NCBI RefSeq assembly: GCF_041737845.1
Contig: NZ_JBGSQX010000018.1
Location: forward strand, 6,025-70,024
Direction: 5' to 3'
Source: Desulfococcus sp.
Lineage (GTDB): Bacteria; Desulfobacterota; Desulfobacteria; Desulfobacterales; Desulfococcaceae
DNA: 64,000 nt
The translations under genes were made by a program, and so were the position numbers. Under the pieces are notes generated by a model. It ran no database searches. It was not told where the DNA came from and was given only the letters and a program-made list of their open reading frames with translations. This document shows, piece by piece, positions 28,334 to 38,090 of the stretch (its first letter is position 1; each line of letters begins with the position of its first letter).

Positions 28334-29725
28334 TTACTTGAAGGCTTCTTTTCGAATGCCGTATTTCAGCATCAGCTTGTTGAGCTGCCGGGTGCTGATG
28401 CCCGCATCCGCCGCGGAGCTGCCGACCCTTCCCTTGTGACGCGTCAGCAGCTCCATCAAATATTGTTTTTCGAAGGCCGCAACCGAGCGCCGCCGTCCTT
28501 CAGCCAGGGAGGCGCCTGAATTGACGGAGGATTGCGCCCCGCGATCCTCAACCAGTTCGACCGAGAAGCTTTCGGGCGTCAACAGCGTGGTGCATTCGAC
28601 GATATAGGCCCGTTCAATCAGGTTTTCGAGTTCCCGGATGTTGCCCGGCCAGTTGTATTTCATCAACGCATCGAGGACCAGAGGATGCACCCCCTGGATC
28701 TCTTTGGCATACAGACGGTTCAACTTCTTCAGGAACATCTCCACAAAAAAGGGGATATCCTCGATCCGCTTTCGCAGCGGCGGAATTTCGATGGGGAACA
28801 CGTTCAAGCGGTAATAGAGATCTTTCCGAAACTGACCCTCCTGGCTCATTCGTTTGAGGTCCGCGTTTGTCGCGGCGATCACCCGCGCCGCCGTCTTCAA
28901 TTCCTCTTCACCGCCCAGGCGGCTGAACGTCCCGTCCTGGAGCACCTGAAGCAGTTTGATCTGGACGAGCGGCGTGATGGTGCCGACCTCATCCAGGAAT
29001 ATGGTGCCATCGTTGGCGATCTCGAACTTTCCAAGCTTTCTGCGGCCGGCGCCGGTGAACGCCCCTTTTTCATGGCCGAACAGTTCATTTTCAACCAGGG
29101 TCTCCGGGATGGCCCCGCAGTGGACACTGATGAACTGGGCGGTTTTCCGGTGGCTCTGCCGGTGGATCAACCGGGCGAGCACGCCCTTGCCGACGCCTGT
29201 CTCCCCGACAAGGAGAATCGGCGTCCGGGTCGGGGCCACCATTCGAATATTCTGGAATACGCTGGTCATGGCGGGGTTCCGGGAATAGACAAGGTCGTAC
29301 GCTTCGGCCAGGAAGGGATGTTCCCGCAGATAGGCCAGCTCCGATTTCAGCCGCATCGATTCCCTCAAGCTATTGACCACGAGCGACACCTCTTCCGGTT
29401 CGACCGGATAGGTCAGATAGTCTCCGGCGCCGAATTTCACGGCCTTGACCATCTGGCGTATCTGGCTCTTAGTAGAGAGAACGATTATTTCTAAGGAATC
29501 AAACCCTTTCCGGAAACCGGTGATGGCATCCTCGATCGACAGGTCCGGGTAGGCCGCCTGAAGGATATCGATATCGATGAACACGAATTCGTAGGCATTT
29601 TTTTTCAGCATGCCCGGAGCGCGGGATGGGCCCGAAACCTGATCGACCCTGCACCCGGGCGGAAAAGCGGAGATGATCGCCCGGACCGCATCCTTGTCCC
29701 GGCAAATCACGAGAACGGATTCCAT
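28334..29725 (-). CDS. Sigma54-dependent transcriptional activator (receiver-like domain, AAA+, HTH)
   Basis: GETGVGKG, GAFTGA, FLDEVG, DLYYRLNV, WPGNIRELEN and a C-terminal HTH; AGGAGG RBS. Confidence 0.93.
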   Translation of the reverse strand: MESVLVICRDKDAVRAIISAFPPGCRVDQVSGPSRAPGMLKKNAYEFVFIDIDILQAAYPDLSIEDAITGFRKGFDSLEIIVLSTKSQIRQMVKAVKFGAGDYLTYPVEPEEVSLVVNSLRESMRLKSELAYLREHPFLAEAYDLVYSRNPAMTSVFQNIRMVAPTRTPILLVGETGVGKGVLARLIHRQSHRKTAQFISVHCGAIPETLVENELFGHEKGAFTGAGRRKLGKFEIANDGTIFLDEVGTITPLVQIKLLQVLQDGTFSRLGGEEELKTAARVIAATNADLKRMSQEGQFRKDLYYRLNVFPIEIPPLRKRIEDIPFFVEMFLKKLNRLYAKEIQGVHPLVLDALMKYNWPGNIRELENLIERAYIVECTTLLTPESFSVELVEDRGAQSSVNSGASLAEGRRRSVAAFEKQYLMELLTRHKGRVGSSAADAGISTRQLNKLMLKYGIRKEAFK

Positions 29726-29787
29726 TAACGCCTCCTGAAAGATTTACAGCCATCCAAGGCTCCGTATCCCCCTGTCCGATCGGGGCC

Positions 29788-29980
29788 AGGAACCCGGAGT
29801 TCCTCTTTTATGGCGCTTTCAAAAGGAATTCAACCTCAAACAAACGCCCCGGTGTTTTTTCACACCCGTTTCCCGGTAAAATGACCCTTCCGGCGCCTCC
29901 TGAGCCTGATCCGGGGCAGGCCTTCCGTCAGATCAGAACTCGTGGTTCCCATGGGCCGATGAATCGGAATCACGGATTCT
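29788..29980. promoter_or_regulatory. Three RGAAY-N5-RTTCY palindromes (candidate activator binding sites)
   Basis: GGAACCCGGAGTTCC (29789-29803), AGAACTCGTGGTTCC (29935-29949), GGAATCACGGATTCT (29966-29980). Confidence 0.55.
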
Positions 29981-30111
29981 TTTTCTGCCGGCGCATCCGG
30001 GCGCAGCCCCCGGGTTGCGCAGAAAAGGAGGCCGCGCATCAATCCTGTCGCAATCCTCATTTTTGAGATGAAACGCACCATGTAAATGCTTCCATGGGGT
30101 GAAAGATATTC

Positions 30112-30127
30112 AGGCATGATTATTGCT
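30112..30127 (+). promoter_or_regulatory. Sigma54 (-24/-12) promoter
   Basis: AGGCATGATTATTGCT, i.e. GG-N10-GC with TTGC. Confidence 0.7.
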
Positions 30128-30187
30128 TGATCTCTCTATCATATCCTGTGTCGGTTGTTCACAACGTCACCACCACGAAAAGGGCCG

Positions 30188-30490
30188 ATGATGAAGAATA
30201 AAAACAGGAAGGAGACGCAAACGATCGAGGGGCTCTTGATTCCCTGCGCCTGGGACGACGATGGCGTTGTTCTGGAAATGGAAATCCAGACAACGGATGA
30301 AAAGACCTACGGCATTGAAAACGGCGAATCTTTTTTAGATCTCGTGGGAAAGTGCATCCATGCGACCGGACCGATTTCAACCAGCAAAAAGGGGGAAAAA
30401 CGGATTTACATCAAAAAAATCGATGTCATGGAACATAAAAGAATCGAACCAGCCCCCGCGGCGCCATTGAAATCATCCCGCGTCCAATAA
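30188..30490 (+). CDS. Hypothetical protein (small, beta-rich)
   Basis: AAAAGGG before ATG 30188; protein-like composition (IEGLLIPCAWDDDG); downstream of the sigma54 promoter. Confidence 0.7.
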   Translation: MMKNKNRKETQTIEGLLIPCAWDDDGVVLEMEIQTTDEKTYGIENGESFLDLVGKCIHATGPISTSKKGEKRIYIKKIDVMEHKRIEPAPAAPLKSSRVQ

Positions 30491-30550
30491 AGACGCTTGT
30501 CTCGTCCGTGTACCGGCATCAATGCGTGTGAAGTAGAAACAGAGGCCAAA

Positions 30551-30847
30551 ATGAAGAAAATCGTTTGCATTCTTGGAATGGTAACCATCCTCTTCGGAAT
30601 CGTCACCCTTGCAGCGGGTCCTGCGACTTCCGCAACCTCGGACAGCTTTGCCGATTACGAGAATACCGACCCCGTGCGGGCCGGGGTGGATGCGCCCCGG
30701 GAGGACGCCGTTCTCGAAGAAGAGGGAGAGATGCCCCAGGATGAGTTCATCAGTGAAGAGGAGGATGGCCCCATCATCGGAGATGAAGAGTACGAGGAAT
30801 TCGACCCGGAACCCTCCGCCGAAGAACCTGAAGAAACGCGGCAATAG
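30551..30847 (+). CDS. Secreted, highly acidic low-complexity protein
   Basis: GAGG RBS, MKKIV signal peptide, mature part very rich in E, D and P. Confidence 0.7.
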   Translation: MKKIVCILGMVTILFGIVTLAAGPATSATSDSFADYENTDPVRAGVDAPREDAVLEEEGEMPQDEFISEEEDGPIIGDEEYEEFDPEPSAEEPEETRQ

Positions 30848-30993
30848 CGGAAGATCCCGTTCCCTCCTCCCCCGACACCTTTCCCGCATGCTGACGGCCG
30901 ACACCCATTCATGAAGCCGCGTTGCGCATGCCTTCGAAGGGGATCAGGTGCATCGGGGCCCGACGCAACCTCCAGACAGGATCTAACCCTATC

Positions 30994-31638
30994 ATGCACC
31001 GTCAACATCTGCTGAACGCCCTTCGATTCTATTTCATCACGGACGACACCGCCCCCGGCTGCTCCCCGATGGATCAAGCCAGGATCGCCCTTCAGGCGGG
31101 CGCTACCATGGTCCAATACCGGAACAAATCCTACTCCGATGATTTTCTGGCTGAAATTATTCTGATTCGGGAGATCTGCGGGGAGAAGGATGTCCCGTTT
31201 ATCGTAAATGATCACATCCGGCTGGCGCAGCGAGTCTCCGCCGACGGCGTCCATCTCGGGCAGGATGACGCTGCGCCCGGTATCGCGAGACGAATCCTGG
31301 GCGAGGGGGCCATCGTCGGCATCTCCGTGTCCAACCCCCTTGAGCTTCGCAGCACAGATCTTTCGCAATGTGACTATATGGGCACCGGACCGGTCTTCCC
31401 CACCGGCACCAAGGCCGATGCCAAGGCGGTCAAAGGCCTGGCCGGGCTGAAGGAGATGGTCGACCTGTCGCCGATCCCCGTAGTGGCCATCGGGGGCATC
31501 ACCGCAGACAACGCGGACGCCTGTTTCAAAAGCGGCGCCGCCGGCGTTGCCGTCATCAGCTTCATCTCCAGGGCCGACGATCCGTTTGCCAACGCCGTTC
31601 GGTTGGGGAAAGCCTGCGGTGTGCCCGGAGTTCTGTGA
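30994..31638 (+). CDS. thiE: Thiamine-phosphate synthase
   Basis: VQYRNK, FIVND, DGVHLGQDD, GPVFPTGTK and VAIGGI. Confidence 0.93.
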   Translation: MHRQHLLNALRFYFITDDTAPGCSPMDQARIALQAGATMVQYRNKSYSDDFLAEIILIREICGEKDVPFIVNDHIRLAQRVSADGVHLGQDDAAPGIARRILGEGAIVGISVSNPLELRSTDLSQCDYMGTGPVFPTGTKADAKAVKGLAGLKEMVDLSPIPVVAIGGITADNADACFKSGAAGVAVISFISRADDPFANAVRLGKACGVPGVL

Positions 31639-31640
31639 AC

Positions 31641-32564
31641 TCATCCCGAAAGCCTGTCCCAGATGTTTTCATTTTTTTCCGGGGGACGGTTTTTCCCGCC
31701 GCCGGGACCCGGGTCCCGAGGGACCCCCCGAAGCTTCGCGATCCGAACATCCAGGGGCGGATGGGTCGAAAAGAGGCTCATCAGGCCGCTCCCGGAAAGA
31801 GGATTCACCGTGAACATGTGGGCGGTCTCGGGCCGGGCGTTCAGCGCGAGTCTTCCGGAATAGGCGCCCAGTTTCTCCAGTGCCCGGCTCAGGCCGTCGG
31901 GGCCGCCGGCCAGGCGAGCCGCGGTTTCATCCGCCAGGTATTCCCTGGAACGGGAGATGGCCATCTGGATCAGGAGGGCCGCAATGGGCGCCAGGATGGA
32001 GGTCAGAATCAATCCGATCCCCCCCATACCGCCACCGCCCTCGTCATCACTTCTCACCCCCCCGAACAGGGCGGACCACCGCGCCATGTTGGCCAGGAGC
32101 ATCACCGCGCCCGCCATGGTCGACGCAATGGACCCGATTAGGATGTCCCGGTTTTTGACATGGCCCAGTTCATGGGCCAGCACCCCCATGATCTCCTGGC
32201 GGTCCATGAGGCGGAGAAGCCCTTCCGTGACCGCCACCACGGCGTGATCGGGATCCCGCCCCGTAGCGAACGCGTTGGGCGCCTCCTCCGGAATCACATA
32301 GATCCTGGGCATCGGCAAACCGGCCTTACGGGCCAGGTCCCTTACCATCTCATGGAGTTCGGGCGCCTGGCCGGGGGTGGCCTCCTCCGCCTTGTACATG
32401 GAAAGAACAATCCGGTCGGAGAACCAGTAGCTGAAAAAATTCATGGCCGCGGCGAAGACCAGCGCCATCACCATGCCGCCCCGTCCGCCCATCAGTCCTC
32501 CGATCCACACGATAAACCCTGTCATGACCGCCAGGAGCAGGGTCGTCCGAATCTGGTTGTTCAT
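31641..32564 (-). CDS. htpX: Zinc metalloprotease HtpX
   Basis: PNAFATG, HELGH, ISRSREYLAD and FSTHPP. Confidence 0.95.
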   Translation of the reverse strand: MNNQIRTTLLLAVMTGFIVWIGGLMGGRGGMVMALVFAAAMNFFSYWFSDRIVLSMYKAEEATPGQAPELHEMVRDLARKAGLPMPRIYVIPEEAPNAFATGRDPDHAVVAVTEGLLRLMDRQEIMGVLAHELGHVKNRDILIGSIASTMAGAVMLLANMARWSALFGGVRSDDEGGGGMGGIGLILTSILAPIAALLIQMAISRSREYLADETAARLAGGPDGLSRALEKLGAYSGRLALNARPETAHMFTVNPLSGSGLMSLFSTHPPLDVRIAKLRGVPRDPGPGGGKNRPPEKNENIWDRLSG

Positions 32565-32746
32565 CTTGTTGATTCCTCCGGTGATTGCAGAATCCTTGAC
32601 GGCAACAAGCCGTATCGTCCCCTTCTCTCGTGAGGTTTGGAGTAAAATTTAAGACAGTTGCCCGATAAAATCAAGATATCTGGATTGCGGGGGATCATTG
32701 CGGCGGGATCCGGCCGTGCCGCTCCGGGACACCGGCGTCATGACAC

Positions 32747-32781
32747 AAAAAAGGCATCCGGGCGGATCGGCCGGGATGCCT
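32747..32781 (-). terminator. Intrinsic terminator after the cold-shock gene
   Basis: AGGCATCC...GGATGCCT hairpin followed by a U-tract on the minus strand. Confidence 0.75.
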
Positions 32782-32808
32782 CATGGATGCGCTTATGGCT
32801 ATGGGTGG

Positions 32809-33009
32809 CTATATCTTAACGACATTTGCTGCGGCGGGTCCCTTGTCTCCATTTTCGATTTCGAAAGAGACCCGATCTCCTTCATTCAAGGACTTATAAC
32901 CGCCCATGCTGATCGCAGAGTAGTGGACAAAAACATCGCCCCCCTCCTCCTTTTCAATAAAGCCGTAGCCTTTTTTATCGTTAAACCATTTTACGACACC
33001 ATTTGCCAT
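32809..33009 (-). CDS. csp: Cold-shock protein (66 aa)
   Basis: [18 protein letters not shown]...DVFVHYS; GGAGG RBS before ATG 33009. Confidence 0.95.
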   Translation of the reverse strand: MANGVVKWFNDKKGYGFIEKEEGGDVFVHYSAISMGGYKSLNEGDRVSFEIENGDKGPAAANVVKI

Positions 33010-33118
33010 AATTCTACCTCCATCTTTATGATTCCCCTGATATTCGAACCGTGGCTGAAAGACGGGCGCTTCCTGCACGGTCCAGATGAACACAAGAGGC
33101 CGCTGGCCTGACAACCTC

Positions 33119-33283
33119 TCAGGTTAGAGCATAGATCCGCTTATCCTCTTCTCCCTTTCGGCGTCGAATAACGTTGCAGGGCGCCTTGGGCGTTGCATCT
33201 TTATGAGATACCTCTTTCTTCAATTCGTCTTCAATCAATTTCCGCAGCTTTTCTTCGATTTCGGTTCTTTTTACAATATCCAT
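33119..33283 (-). CDS. Small charged protein (54 aa); absent from the ORF track
   Basis: GAGGAG RBS; [54 protein letters not shown]. Confidence 0.65.
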   Translation of the reverse strand: MDIVKRTEIEEKLRKLIEDELKKEVSHKDATPKAPCNVIRRRKGEEDKRIYALT

Positions 33284-33684
33284 TCGCTCCTCATTCTCAT
33301 TCTTTTTCTTGAATCTGCGACGCTACCATACCATTAGACCATAACATATTGTTTTACATAATATTCAGGAGAGGGGGGCAACACCATCAACACGGGCGCG
33401 GCTTTCACCTGCGGATCGTCGTCCGGCGAAAAGGCCCGGCCCATTGGCGGTGCGTTCATTTATGGGGAATCACTCCGGGAGTCTTCATTGGATCTTTTGG
33501 CTTTGGATGCTTCTAAATCTACCATTTGATAAAGACGAAGGAAAACTGAGGCAAACGATTCCTCTTGAACGGGGGCGGTCATACACACCGGCTTTTCATT
33601 CACCTTAGAATCAACCAGACGATCAGGATAAGCGAGATTACATGACAGCGATGATGGGTGCTATGACCAATTCACATTTTGTTT

Positions 33685-33713
33685 TTGATAGTCCAAAGCG
33701 ACTCTTTTGTCAA
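33685..33713 (-). promoter_or_regulatory. Sigma70-type promoter pointing toward the csp region
   Basis: TTGACA-N17-TATCAA on the minus strand. Confidence 0.55.
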
Positions 33714-33973
33714 ATATTAATTGGCGCCCGGAGGAAAAATTGAAGGGGATTGCCATTCTCCGCAAGGCCGGAGGGGTCATTTTTTTTTGGATTCGAGAAT
33801 CGCCCGCAGCCGATTTCGTTCGGCCTTCGCCTTGCGGAGACGATCCTCTATCGCCGGGCGCTTCTCTATCGGCGCATCCCGAAGCGCATTCTCCAATTCT
33901 TCCGCCTCGGTGATCAGACGATAGAGTTCTTCCGCGATCATTCGGACCGACATGCTTTTCTCCCATGGATTTC

Positions 33974-34010
33974 AGAAACGGGAGAGCGGCACGGCGGCTC
34001 TCCCGTTTCT
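33974..34010 (-). terminator. Hairpin, likely terminator after acyl-CoA dehydrogenase
   Basis: 14-bp inverted repeat AGAAACGGGAGAGC...GCTCTCCCGTTTCT, 26 nt after the stop codon. Confidence 0.6.
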
Positions 34011-34036
34011 CGTGATCAATATCGGTTTTATGAAAC

Positions 34037-35194
34037 TCACTGCTTTCTTTTGTCCTTCAAAATATTGTTGGATATCACCACCCGCTGGATCTCCGAAGTG
34101 CCCTCGTAAATCGTGAAAACCCGGGCATCCCTGTATAGGCGTTCAATGGCATAATCCTTGGTGAAACCGTACCCTCCGTGAATCTGTAGGCATTTTCCCG
34201 TAATGCGGTTGACCATCTCCGAGGCGAAGAGCTTGGCCATGGATGCCTGCTGGGTATATTTTTCACCGCGATCCTTCATCGCCGCCGCGGAGAACATCAA
34301 CTGGCGGGCGGCTTCGATTTCCGTGGCCATATCGGCGATGTACCACCGGATCCCCTGGAATTTGGCAATCTTCTGGCCGAACTGATCCCTTTCCTTGGCA
34401 TACTTGACGGCGCTGTCCAGGGCGGCCTGGGCCACGCCGATGGACTGGGCCGCAATGCCGATCCTGCCTCCGTCTAATCCTTTCATGGCGATCTTGAATC
34501 CGTCGCCCTCATTTCCCAGGATATTCTCGGCCGGGACGCGGCAGTTTTCGAAGATGAGGTCGGTCGTGTCGGAGGCCCGCAGCCCCATCTTGTCCTCGAT
34601 ATTTCCCACGATCAGCCCCGGGGCGTCCTTCTCGACGATGAAGGCGCTGATCCCGCGGTGCTTCTCGGCTTCATCCGTCTTTGCCGTGACAATCACCAGG
34701 CCGCAGTTTTTCCCCGTCGTGATAAACCGTTTGGTGCCGTTGATGACGTAGTAATCCCCGTCCCTGACGGCGGTGGTGAGCTGGGCCACGGGATCCGAGC
34801 CGGCGTGGGGTTCGGTCAGGGCGAACGCCCCGATGATTTCCGCATCGGTCAGGCGCGGCAGGAATTTCTTTTTCTGGTTTTCGCTTCCAAAATTCAGAAT
34901 GCTCTCGCATACAATGGAATTGTGAACAGACATGACGACCGCAGTGGATGCACATGAATAGGCGATTTCGGAAAGAGCCAAAACATAACTGATGGTGTCC
35001 GCCCCCTCGCCGCCGTATTCTACGGGGATCATCATTCCCATAAGGCCTAGCTCACCCATCTTCTTCAGATTTTCGGCCGGGAATTCCTTGGTTTTGTCGC
35101 GTTCCGCAGCCGTCGCTGCGACAACCTTCCGCGAAAACTCCCGGACCATGCTTTGAATCATCAATTGTTCGTCTGTCAGTTTGAAAAAAGCCAT
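34037..35194 (-). CDS. Short-chain (butyryl-CoA-type) acyl-CoA dehydrogenase
   Basis: FALTEPHAGSD, KMGLRAS, GRIGIAAQ, QIHGGYG and IYEGTSEIQR. Confidence 0.93.
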   Translation of the reverse strand: MAFFKLTDEQLMIQSMVREFSRKVVAATAAERDKTKEFPAENLKKMGELGLMGMMIPVEYGGEGADTISYVLALSEIAYSCASTAVVMSVHNSIVCESILNFGSENQKKKFLPRLTDAEIIGAFALTEPHAGSDPVAQLTTAVRDGDYYVINGTKRFITTGKNCGLVIVTAKTDEAEKHRGISAFIVEKDAPGLIVGNIEDKMGLRASDTTDLIFENCRVPAENILGNEGDGFKIAMKGLDGGRIGIAAQSIGVAQAALDSAVKYAKERDQFGQKIAKFQGIRWYIADMATEIEAARQLMFSAAAMKDRGEKYTQQASMAKLFASEMVNRITGKCLQIHGGYGFTKDYAIERLYRDARVFTIYEGTSEIQRVVISNNILKDKRKQ

Positions 35195-35270
35195 ACGTCA
35201 CTCTCCGGTTTCCCTTTAACTGTAGTCATTGACCTTATGGGCCCACCCATGTCCACATTGCCGGCGGCGG

Positions 35271-35810
35271 TCAGGGGGTATAGATGACCACCAGAAGTTC
35301 CGCGGTCTCCTGGCCGATGTTCTTCAACTGATGCTTGATGGCGGAGTTGAAATGAAGGAATTCGCCTTCTCCCAGAATGTTGACGTGGTCCCCGACCATC
35401 ACCTGGATCTTCCCTTGCAGCACGTAATTGAACTCCTCTCCTTCATGCTGGTAGCCCACCCCGGTATGCGCCTCCATGGGTTCGATCGTCACCCGGAAAG
35501 CCTTCAGATGCTTGTTTTCGGCGCCGGGCGTCAGGGTTTCATAGGCATAGGCGTCCGTGCGCTTGGTATATTCCTGGACCCGTTCTTTCATGCTGGCTTC
35601 CTGCTCCCTCAGAAAGAATCCGGAATCGATCTCAAGGGCGCGGGCGATTTGAAGGAGCGCCCCCACCGGCGGCATCTCCTCCCCCGCTTCGATGCGCTTC
35701 AGATAATCGATGGAGTAACCGGTTTCATTGGCGATACGATCGAGCGTAAAACTTTTGTCGAGCCTCGCCTGTTTGATTTTCTTTCCGATGGGTATCAGTT
35801 GTGACGTCAT
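35271..35810 (-). CDS. XRE-family HTH plus cupin transcriptional regulator
   Basis: IGKKIKQAR HTH; HEGEEFNYVLQG and FNSAIKH cupin motifs. Confidence 0.9.
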   Translation of the reverse strand: MTSQLIPIGKKIKQARLDKSFTLDRIANETGYSIDYLKRIEAGEEMPPVGALLQIARALEIDSGFFLREQEASMKERVQEYTKRTDAYAYETLTPGAENKHLKAFRVTIEPMEAHTGVGYQHEGEEFNYVLQGKIQVMVGDHVNILGEGEFLHFNSAIKHQLKNIGQETAELLVVIYTP

Positions 35811-35916
35811 GGTATCTCCTTTTCTTGAAAGACTTGGGGGCAGGTCGATACCCGCCCCCTGGGGTGATGTCCGTGCCCGTCACCCCGCTTTTTGTCGGAT
35901 GCTTCAGATCGTACGC

Positions 35917-36768
35917 CTATTCATAAACGTAAAATCCCCGACCGGTCTTCCTGCCCAGCCATCCGGCCTCGACATATTTCCGAAGCAGGGGGCAGGGGCG
36001 GTATTTCGAATCCTTGAACCCGTTGTACAGGGTTTCCATGATGGCCAGGCAGGTGTCCAGCCCGATCAGGTCGGCCAGGGCCAGGGGGCCCATGGGATGG
36101 TTCATGCCCAGCTTCATGACCGTGTCGATGGCCTCGGCCGAGCCGACATGGTGATACAGGCAATAGACCGCTTCGTTGATCATGGGCAGAAGAATCCGGT
36201 TGGCGATAAACCCGGGAAAATCATTGGCCTCGGCCGGCGTTTTCCCGAACTGGATGGAAAGGTCCCAGGTCGTCTTGAAAGTTTCATCAGAGGTGGCGAG
36301 CCCCCGGATGACCTCCACCAGACGCATGACGGGAACCGGATTCATGAAGTGCATGCCGATGACCTTCTCCGGCCGCCCGGTCTGAGCGGCGATCCGCCCG
36401 ATGGGGATGGAGGAGGTATTGCTGGACAGGATGACATGGGGTTTGCAGATCGTGTCTAAATCCTTGAAAATTTTGAACTTCAGGGTCTCGTTTTCCGTGG
36501 CCGCCTCCACGACGAAATCGGCGTCGGCCATGTCCTTGAGATCGACGGTAGTCCGGATCCTTCCGAGGACGGCGTCCTTTTCCGAGGCAACCATCTTCCC
36601 TTTTTCGACGCTCTTGCCGAGCAATTTGGTGATATTGGCCAGACCCTTCTGGACAAATTCATCCTTGATATCGCTCATGATGACGTTGAGCCCGCTCATG
36701 GCAGCCACCTGGGCGATGCCGTTTCCCATCTGTCCGGCGCCGATAACGCCAAATGTCTTGATGCCCAT
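35917..36768 (-). CDS. hbd: 3-hydroxybutyryl-CoA dehydrogenase
   Basis: GAGQMG, SNTSS, GMHFMNP and [10 protein letters not shown]. Confidence 0.93.
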   Translation of the reverse strand: MGIKTFGVIGAGQMGNGIAQVAAMSGLNVIMSDIKDEFVQKGLANITKLLGKSVEKGKMVASEKDAVLGRIRTTVDLKDMADADFVVEAATENETLKFKIFKDLDTICKPHVILSSNTSSIPIGRIAAQTGRPEKVIGMHFMNPVPVMRLVEVIRGLATSDETFKTTWDLSIQFGKTPAEANDFPGFIANRILLPMINEAVYCLYHHVGSAEAIDTVMKLGMNHPMGPLALADLIGLDTCLAIMETLYNGFKDSKYRPCPLLRKYVEAGWLGRKTGRGFYVYE

Positions 36769-36817
36769 TATGTTCCTTCCTTCTTTCGATGCGGTTTCAA
36801 TTCGGTAAAAACAGGGT

Positions 36818-37993
36818 CTATCGCTTCACGATCATGGCCACGGCCTCTCCGCCGCCGAGGCAGAGGGACGCAAGACCGATCTTCTTGTCCTGCTTCGCCA
36901 TTTCGTGGAGCAGGGTCACGAGGAGCCGGCACCCGCTGGCACCGATGGGGTGCCCCAAGGCCACGGACCCGCCGTTCACGTTGACCTTTGCGGGATCGAG
37001 GTTGAGCTCCTTCAGAATCGCCACGGTGGACCCGCTGAAGGCCTCGTTGATCTCAAAAAGGTCCACGTCGTCGATGGAGATGCCTTCCTTTTTCAAGCAC
37101 TTGGGGATTGCCCAGATCGGGGCGACCAGAACATATTTCATGTCAATGCCGTAGGATGCCTGGGCGCCGATGGCGGCCAGAATGGTGCATCCGAGCGCTT
37201 CGGCCTTTTCCCGCGACATGACCACCACCGCCGCCGCGCCGTCGCTGATGATGGAAGCGTTTCCGGCGGTGCCCACGCCGCCCTTCTTGAAGGCGCCGGT
37301 CATCCCGGCAAGGGCCTCGTACGGCGTCTCGCGGGCGCATTCATCCTGGTCGAAAATCTTGGGCGCCCCTTTCCGCTGGGGGATCTCGACCGGCATGATT
37401 TCATCCGCAAACCGCCCCGAGGCGACGGAGGCCACCGCTCGCCGGTAGGATTCCGCGGCGTACCGGTCCTGATCTTCCCGGGTCACGCCATATTTTTCGG
37501 AGCAGAGTTCGTTGGACATGCCCATGTGAAAATCATTGACGATGTCCCAGAGGCCGTCGTGAAGCATGGAATCCTGAAGCTGGCCCGGCCCCATCCGGTA
37601 GCCGAAGCGGGCCTTCTCCAGGTAGTAGGGCGCCAGGCTCATGGTCTCCATGCCGCCGGCCACGACGACATCCGCATCCCCCAACTGGATGGCCTGGGCC
37701 GCCAGCATGACGGTTTTCAGGGCCGATCCGCACACCTTGTTGACCGTGATGCATTCAGCCTTCCAGGGAAGGCCCGCCTTTACCGCGGCCTGCTTGGCCG
37801 GGTTCTGCCCGTATCCGCAGGGCAGGACCTGGCCCATCAATACCTCGTCCACCGCTTCCTTGTCGATCCCCGCCCGTTTGACGGCCTCGGCGATCACCAT
37901 GCCGCCCAGGTCCGTTGCACCGATGTTTCCCAGGGCCCCGTTGAAGGCCCCGAGGGGGGTTCTTACCGCACTGACGATTACCGCTTCTTTCAT
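36818..37993 (-). CDS. Acetyl-CoA C-acetyltransferase (thiolase)
   Basis: [18 protein letters not shown] and CLGGG. Confidence 0.95.
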   Translation of the reverse strand: MKEAVIVSAVRTPLGAFNGALGNIGATDLGGMVIAEAVKRAGIDKEAVDEVLMGQVLPCGYGQNPAKQAAVKAGLPWKAECITVNKVCGSALKTVMLAAQAIQLGDADVVVAGGMETMSLAPYYLEKARFGYRMGPGQLQDSMLHDGLWDIVNDFHMGMSNELCSEKYGVTREDQDRYAAESYRRAVASVASGRFADEIMPVEIPQRKGAPKIFDQDECARETPYEALAGMTGAFKKGGVGTAGNASIISDGAAAVVVMSREKAEALGCTILAAIGAQASYGIDMKYVLVAPIWAIPKCLKKEGISIDDVDLFEINEAFSGSTVAILKELNLDPAKVNVNGGSVALGHPIGASGCRLLVTLLHEMAKQDKKIGLASLCLGGGEAVAMIVKR

Positions 37994-38090
37994 ATCTGCT
38001 CCATGGGTTTGGTTTTTACATTCCGGACAGCGGCCGCATGGGGAAAGCCTCCCTGCGGCCGCCGGGGGATTTCAGGTCGATGAAGAGGCC

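Noticed and set aside
38029-38064. GC-rich hairpin between icmF and thiolase (similar ones at about 35836 and 59819)
   Set aside because: The hairpins share no sequence, so they are not a REP or MITE family; probably mRNA stability or termination elements.
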